Assembly (NCBI RefSeq): GCF_000011805.1
Contig: NC_006840.2
Length of the DNA stretch: 32,000 bases
Strand: one strand, 5' to 3'
Source of the DNA: Aliivibrio fischeri ES114
GTDB taxonomy: Bacteria; Pseudomonadota; Gammaproteobacteria; Enterobacterales; Vibrionaceae
Part shown: positions 27,377-32,000 of the stretch, piece after piece
Layout: every line of letters starts with the position of its first letter
Position numbering within the stretch: position 1 is the stretch's first letter
Notes under the pieces: generated by a model
Database searches by the model: none
What the model saw: the letters and a program-made list of their open reading frames with translations, nothing else
What the model was told of the DNA's origin: nothing
Made by a program: the position numbers and the translations under genes

Positions 27377-27422
27377 GGGACTCATTGGCTAAATTGGCTA
27401 AATTGGCTAAATTTTGAGTCCC
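27377..27422. other. Large-loop hairpin (8-bp perfect stem) enclosing the tandem 9-mers; resembles a terminator on the minus strand
   Basis: GGGACTCA (27377-27384) pairs with TGAGTCCC (27415-27422). On the minus strand it is followed by C + T7 (27376-27369). No annotated minus-strand gene feeds into it. Confidence 0.5.
27385..27413. repeat. Tandem direct repeat, 9-bp unit TTGGCTAAA x3 plus partial fourth unit
   Basis: Read directly: ctca|ttggctaaa|ttggctaaa|ttggctaaa|tttt|gagtc. All three units are identical. Confidence 0.95.
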
Positions 27423-27633
27423 AAACCTGTAACGCCTGTCTACAGCAACACAGAAATTAGTGAGTGGCTTTCAGTCTATTGCCGTCACTATATTCGGCCA
27501 ACTGTAAAATCGGACAGGTTAACTATTAAATATTCATAAATTAGACTTAATTTCATTGATTGGTGTAAACACTATTGGTTCTAAATTACATATCTTTTGT
27601 CCATTAATTTTAGTAAGGCCGTAGTAGATTATT

Positions 27634-28791
27634 ATGAAATTGGCTATAAACAAATATTGGATTTATTTATTCTTATTTTCGTTTGTTGTTGTGAGTGTTG
27701 GGTATTATTTTGTACGAGTAGATTCACAACATAAAAAATTACCTTTTGTTGTTGCTTCTATTGGCTCTATAGAGAAAAAAGCAGTCGCTGTAGGGCATAT
27801 TGTTCCTGCCCACTCTATTTCAATTAAATCTCAAATTGATGGGATTGTTGGTGAGATTTATCACCAAGTTGGTGAAGTGGTTGCGATAAACACTCCATTA
27901 ATTAAAATCCGCCCAAATCCAACGCCAGCAAAGTTAATGTTAGCTAATACAGACTTAATGCAAAGTGAAGCAAAATTAGAGTTAGCGCAAAAAAAATTAG
28001 AGAATCTTAAACAGTTAGTTGAGCAAAATATAATACCTGAAAATTATGGAGGATATATTGAAGCTAAATCTGATGTGAAATCTAATAAGGCTAGTGTACA
28101 GCAAAAAAAACAGAACCTAGATCTGATCCTTAGTGGCGAGTCATCTGCTGGTAATTCTAAATTGAATTCAACCATAGTTGCGCCAATTAATGGAACTATA
28201 TTGAATTTAAAAGTTGAAATTGGTGAACCAATTATATCTACAGCATCAAACCAAGCGGCAACTGTGATGATGTCAATCGCAGATATGAGCGATATTATTT
28301 TCAAAGGCAGTGTCAGCGAACACGATGCGTCTCGATTAACCGTTGGAACTCCAGCAACGGTTATTTTAGCCTCGTATCCAGATATTGTGGTGTCAGGGAA
28401 ATTAAGGAAAGTTGCTGTGCAATCAGAAAAGTTAAATTTGACCACAACCAATACTAGTACCAATAGTGTGAAAAGTTTTGATAATGGTTTTCAGGTTGAA
28501 GTCGATCAGATTCAGTTTCCAAAGAACTTAACTATTCGCTCTGGTTTTTCAGCAACGGCTCAAATTATTCTTCAGCAATCCACTAATGTAATCATTATTC
28601 CAGAGCGTTCGTTACAATTTAAAGGAGGTGAAGCAGAAGTTTGGGTTATTGATGATAGCGAATATGGTTATTCATCTAGAGTTGTGACGCTCGGCTTATC
28701 TGACGGAGTCATGGTAGAAGTACTTTCTGGGTTAGAAGAGGGTGAAGAGATTGTCGATATGAGCATGATGATAGGTGAGCTAAATGCGTGA
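27634..28791 (+). CDS. Efflux periplasmic adaptor (membrane fusion protein, HlyD/MacA-like)
   Basis: 385 aa with an N-terminal TM anchor (YWIYLFLFSFVVVSVGYYF). Two lipoyl-like half motifs (IKSQIDGIVGEIYHQVGEVVAINTPLIKI; IVAPINGTILNLKVEIGEPI) flank a coiled-coil hairpin, followed by a beta-barrel/MP domain. Its stop overlaps the next start by 8 nt. Confidence 0.85.
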   Translation: MKLAINKYWIYLFLFSFVVVSVGYYFVRVDSQHKKLPFVVASIGSIEKKAVAVGHIVPAHSISIKSQIDGIVGEIYHQVGEVVAINTPLIKIRPNPTPAKLMLANTDLMQSEAKLELAQKKLENLKQLVEQNIIPENYGGYIEAKSDVKSNKASVQQKKQNLDLILSGESSAGNSKLNSTIVAPINGTILNLKVEIGEPIISTASNQAATVMMSIADMSDIIFKGSVSEHDASRLTVGTPATVILASYPDIVVSGKLRKVAVQSEKLNLTTTNTSTNSVKSFDNGFQVEVDQIQFPKNLTIRSGFSATAQIILQQSTNVIIIPERSLQFKGGEAEVWVIDDSEYGYSSRVVTLGLSDGVMVEVLSGLEEGEEIVDMSMMIGELNA

Positions 28792-30064
28792 TAAATTCTC
28801 AGAAAAGATGCTCTTCGTTTTTTGGGCTCTTATTGCTAGTGGCTTAAGTTCTATGAGTTATGCGTTAACTATTGAAGATGCATGGCAAGCGACAAAGCAA
28901 TATGATCCAGAGTATTTACGGTCGCAATTAGATGAAAAGATAAGTGAAACTACAATACGATCAAGTAAAAGTGCTCTACTTCCGAGTGCTAGGATTACCG
29001 CAACTACGGCTTGGAATGAAAATAGTACTTATGGTATTGCTCTAGAGCAAATCATTTGGGACAGCAGTAAATGGTCAGAACTTGATAGTTCTCAAGCTTC
29101 ATTATTGGCTTCTCAATTGAAAATAAAACAGAGTCATAATGAACTAGCTGGACGATTAATTAGTGCATATCTTGATCTTGCCCAGTCTCAAGGGGAGCTT
29201 CGTTTAGCGCAGCAAAAGTTTGATGAAGGCAGAAAGATGTTACGTATCGTTGAGCTACGTTACAAGGCTGGGAAAATTAGATCTGTTGATTTGGAGGATA
29301 TGCGTTCTAATCATCTTGACGAAGAAGCAAATATATTAGCGAATCGATTACAAGTTGAAGACAAGAAAGTTCGTTTGATTAAGCTAATTAGTATAGAACC
29401 CACCCAAGTTAATGAAATTAAGACCAATAACCTATCACAACCAAAATTGATTGTGAACAGTAAGCAAGAGTGGCTGAAATTAGCAAGTAATTATAGCCCT
29501 GATCTATTAATGGCAAAACAAAATATTCGAATTTCTGAATTGGAAACAGGAAAGGCCAAAACGGGTTATTACCCTACGATCACCGCCTCAGTAGGATACA
29601 GCGATAATACTCGCTCAGATAATACTCGTTCAGATAGTGGACTGAATGCGAGCTTAAATTTGAGTTTACCGCTTGATTTAAATAGTTCAATAGGATCCAG
29701 TGTTGAGCGTGCTAAGTTAGAAGTTCTCCGTGCTAAACAAGATGTTCGAGCGGTAGAGATTGAAATAAAAAGTACTATTTCTAACCGTTTTAATCAGCTA
29801 TCTTTGAATTGGCAACGAGTTGAAATGGCAGAGAAACAAGTCGCGTCGAAGGAGCTAGTTTTAAAAAGTAAACAAGCCATTTATAAAGCTGGAATGGCAG
29901 AAGCGTCTGATATTATTGAGGCGCATAATAGTTTGTTTGTTAGTAAAAGCTCTTTACAATCATTGCTTTATCAATATTGGAGGGATCGTATTTCCTTACT
30001 TAAGTCTGTCGGTAGATTAGATGATGAAACTATAACCTTGATTTCACAGGCACTGCAATCATGA
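28784..30064 (+). CDS. TolC-family outer-membrane efflux protein
   Basis: 426 aa with a signal-like N-terminus (MLFVFWALIASGLSSMSYA). Two tandem OEP-type repeats carry long heptad helices (e.g. DPEYLRSQLDEKISE..., AKLEVLRAKQDVRAVEIEIKS...). Start could instead be ATG 28808. Overlaps the downstream permease start (ATGA). Confidence 0.82.
   Translation: MRDKFSEKMLFVFWALIASGLSSMSYALTIEDAWQATKQYDPEYLRSQLDEKISETTIRSSKSALLPSARITATTAWNENSTYGIALEQIIWDSSKWSELDSSQASLLASQLKIKQSHNELAGRLISAYLDLAQSQGELRLAQQKFDEGRKMLRIVELRYKAGKIRSVDLEDMRSNHLDEEANILANRLQVEDKKVRLIKLISIEPTQVNEIKTNNLSQPKLIVNSKQEWLKLASNYSPDLLMAKQNIRISELETGKAKTGYYPTITASVGYSDNTRSDNTRSDSGLNASLNLSLPLDLNSSIGSSVERAKLEVLRAKQDVRAVEIEIKSTISNRFNQLSLNWQRVEMAEKQVASKELVLKSKQAIYKAGMAEASDIIEAHNSLFVSKSSLQSLLYQYWRDRISLLKSVGRLDDETITLISQALQS
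29603..29636 (+). repeat. In-frame 15-bp tandem duplication inside the TolC-like gene
   Basis: GATAATACTCGCTCA (29603-17) and GATAATACTCGTTCA (29618-32) differ at one base, then GATA begins a third unit. Encodes DNTRS-DNTRS-D. Confidence 0.9.
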
Positions 30065-31278
30065 TGGCGTTATTCTCTCAAACAATTCAAACTTTATTGG
30101 CTCATCGTTTGAGAGGTTTTTTGGCTATCCTAGCTATTGTATGGGGAATTATTTCAGTTTTGGTTTTAGTTGCACTTGGTGAAGGCTTCTATCAAATAAA
30201 TATGAAATCGTTTTCCTTATTAATGAATGATACTCAGGTAGTCTTTTTGGGGCAATCTACTACCAAAGAGTGGAAAGGAAGAGCAGCAAAAAGGCTAATA
30301 GTACCTTCTGAAGCAGAAGTTCGTCAAATACGTAATCATCCTGCTATTGAGAATATATCAGTGATATACAGTAAACGGAATGCTAGCGTCACGGATAGTC
30401 AAGGTCGTTCTTTGCCGAGGAATGTTACAGGTATAGATGATCAATTTATTGAATTGCGAAATGTGAAATTAAGCAAGGGTTCACGACAAGTTAACCATGG
30501 TGATTTGGTTAATCATAAGCGTGTTGCCTTGGTTAGTTGGCAATTAGCAGATATAGGCTCTTTACATATAGGAAGCTCTTTAAATATTAATGGTATTCCT
30601 TTTAAGGTTATTGGTATTACAAAGAAAAATGAAGATGGGATTTCACTTGGTGATGTTAGCCAAGCAATGATCCCAAGCACAGTATTTACTGATTTGTGGG
30701 AGAGTGAACCAGATATGCTATTTATTTCCCCTGTAGAAGGTGTTTCTAGTTGGCTATTGAGAAAGAATATATTGTCATTTTTTGCGAATCAACAATACTT
30801 TGATCCTAATGATAAAGATGCGATGTATATGCCTGACTTTGGACAGGAAGCGGCATTTTTTAAAAAATTATTAAGGGGCATTCAACTGTTCTTAGGAGCA
30901 AATGGTGCTATGACTCTAGTTGTTGGCTCACTAGGTGTCGCAAATATAATGTTTTTATCAGTGACTGAACGAACGAGAGAAGTTGGGGTTCGACTTGCGA
31001 TAGGTGCGACACCAAATAATATCTTAGGCCAATTTTTAATAGAAGGAGGCATTCTCATTGCATGTGGAACCGCTATTGGAATTGTATTCTCCTATGGCAT
31101 AGTTATGTTATTAAATATGATTGGTATGCCTGAATGGTTAGGTGAACCAATGATCACGCTTGATGCTATTAAAATATCATTAGGGGTGACAGCTGTATTG
31201 GCATTATTAGCAGCGTATTTTCCTGCGCGTCGTGCATCGAATTTACTTCCAGTCATTGCCTTAAGTGCGAGGGCTTGA
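30061..31278 (+). CDS. ABC-transporter permease, MacB/FtsX type (4 TM + periplasmic MacB_PCD-like domain), no fused ATPase
   Basis: 405 aa. N-terminal TM (LRGFLAILAIVWGIISVLVLVALGEG), a ~230-aa periplasmic domain, and a C-terminal FtsX 3-TM bundle with the ERTREVGVRLAIGA motif. Confidence 0.88.
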   Translation: MMALFSQTIQTLLAHRLRGFLAILAIVWGIISVLVLVALGEGFYQINMKSFSLLMNDTQVVFLGQSTTKEWKGRAAKRLIVPSEAEVRQIRNHPAIENISVIYSKRNASVTDSQGRSLPRNVTGIDDQFIELRNVKLSKGSRQVNHGDLVNHKRVALVSWQLADIGSLHIGSSLNINGIPFKVIGITKKNEDGISLGDVSQAMIPSTVFTDLWESEPDMLFISPVEGVSSWLLRKNILSFFANQQYFDPNDKDAMYMPDFGQEAAFFKKLLRGIQLFLGANGAMTLVVGSLGVANIMFLSVTERTREVGVRLAIGATPNNILGQFLIEGGILIACGTAIGIVFSYGIVMLLNMIGMPEWLGEPMITLDAIKISLGVTAVLALLAAYFPARRASNLLPVIALSARA

Positions 31279-31281
31279 TTA

Positions 31282-32000
31282 ATGCTATTGCCAATGAGAC
31301 TAATATTTCAAGAAATGGCTGCTGAGAAAGTACGCTTGAGTTTACTTCTCTTAGCTGTGGCATGGGCGACATTATGTATTGCAACTATGCTTGCAGTTGG
31401 TGAAGGCTTACGTCAGGGAGTGATCCGAAGTTCAGAGAGCGGTAATGGTAAATTAATCTACCTTACTGGAGGTTATGCCACTATAAATTCAAGTAACTTC
31501 TACATTGGTAAAGCATTGCAGCTGACATCGGAAGATCTAAAAGTAATAAAAGTCTTACCAAGTGTAAAGCATGCTCAACTAAGTGCTATTTGGGATGAAC
31601 AAGCAAATTATAAAGATCATAGAACTTGGCAAAAACCACTTGCCGTATATCCTGATTATCAAGCATTAACTGGCTTAAAAATAGTACCAGGAGGGCGATG
31701 GTTTAATCTTTTAGATATCAAAGAACAGCGTAAAGTGATTATATTAGGTGAAAGTGCCGCTATCTCTTTATTCAATGAATCGAATGACTTTGATTGGATG
31801 AATCCCCCTAAATTAAAGGTTGATCCGGTTGGTAAAAAAATAAAATTGGGTAGTGAAGAGTTTATTGTTATTGGTTTGATTAAGCGTAGTAGTGCAAATA
31901 TAGAACAAGGTATACCGCTTAATGAATCACTTTTTATACCGTTTACAACTTGGAAGCGCTTTCATCAAAATAGTGCTATATCTGCAATTAATATAGAGCT
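31282..32000 (+). CDS. Second MacB/FtsX-type ABC permease, 5' part only (runs off window end)
   Basis: Absent from the ORF track because no stop occurs in the window. ATG 31282 lies 3 nt after the previous stop and the frame is open to base 32000. Translation MLLPMRLIFQEMAAEKVRLSLLLLAVAWATLCIATMLAVGEGLRQG...KVIILGESAA...FIVIGLIK has the same architecture as the upstream paralog. Confidence 0.8.
   Translation, partial: MLLPMRLIFQEMAAEKVRLSLLLLAVAWATLCIATMLAVGEGLRQGVIRSSESGNGKLIYLTGGYATINSSNFYIGKALQLTSEDLKVIKVLPSVKHAQLSAIWDEQANYKDHRTWQKPLAVYPDYQALTGLKIVPGGRWFNLLDIKEQRKVIILGESAAISLFNESNDFDWMNPPKLKVDPVGKKIKLGSEEFIVIGLIKRSSANIEQGIPLNESLFIPFTTWKRFHQNSAISAINIE

Noticed and set aside
27385-27413. 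Considered whether the tandem 9-mers could be a CRISPR array or an attachment site
   Set aside because: The units are directly adjacent with no spacers, there are only 3.3 copies of 9 bp, and no cas, integrase or tRNA gene is nearby. This is a microsatellite-like tandem repeat, not a CRISPR array.
27461-27468. Single TGAGTGGC (BtsR-box-like, 7/8) in the queD/efflux spacer
   Set aside because: There is no partner box at the ~21-bp phasing seen at the real operator, so this is likely a chance match.
28044-28463. 139-aa minus-strand ORF inside the efflux adaptor gene
   Set aside because: It is antisense to the adaptor CDS, which has lipoyl and coiled-coil motifs and is translationally coupled to its neighbours. 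No start signals are present.

Overview
This 32-kb window looks like ordinary chromosomal core genome of an AT-rich member of the Vibrionaceae (Aliivibrio-, Vibrio- or Photobacterium-like). That placement is inferred from protein similarity to enteric and Vibrio housekeeping proteins and from base composition; it is not verified. I can support 28 protein-coding genes. Two are missing from the supplied ORF track: a 53-codon minus-strand ORF at 16930-17091, and a 3'-truncated second FtsX/MacB-type permease running from 31282 to the window end. Content in order: lpoB (3' fragment), an MCP, yggL, an orphan SAM methyltransferase, thiK-like kinase, ycfP, ndh, a RhlE-type DEAD-box helicase with a tightly coupled unknown ORF, and a large secreted CBM5/12 + GH19 chitinase-like protein. 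Next come a pyruvate-sensing module (CstA-family transporter, btsR, btsS), satP, htpX, yehS, a small PagP-like outer-membrane barrel, a DAACS symporter and an exported amidohydrolase. The window ends with ldtD-like/mepK, asnS, queD and an adaptor / TolC-like / permease / permease efflux operon. Most convergent gene pairs share strong bidirectional hairpin terminators. I saw no tRNA or rRNA genes, CRISPR arrays, transposases, integrases or phage genes, and I did not find an obvious novel multi-gene defence or mobile system. Four items are most worth following up. (1) The structured queD/efflux intergenic region, where a hairpin loop holds three tandem 9-mers that repeat the first codons of the downstream efflux adaptor gene; this could be an sRNA, a leader or a VNTR. 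(2) A clean triple direct-repeat LytTR (BtsR) operator plus a CRP-like site upstream of the CstA-family gene. (3) The unannotated small ORF beside htpX. (4) A probable 1-nt frameshift at the 3' end of the ldtD-like gene. All functional calls come from reading motifs by eye; no database search was run.
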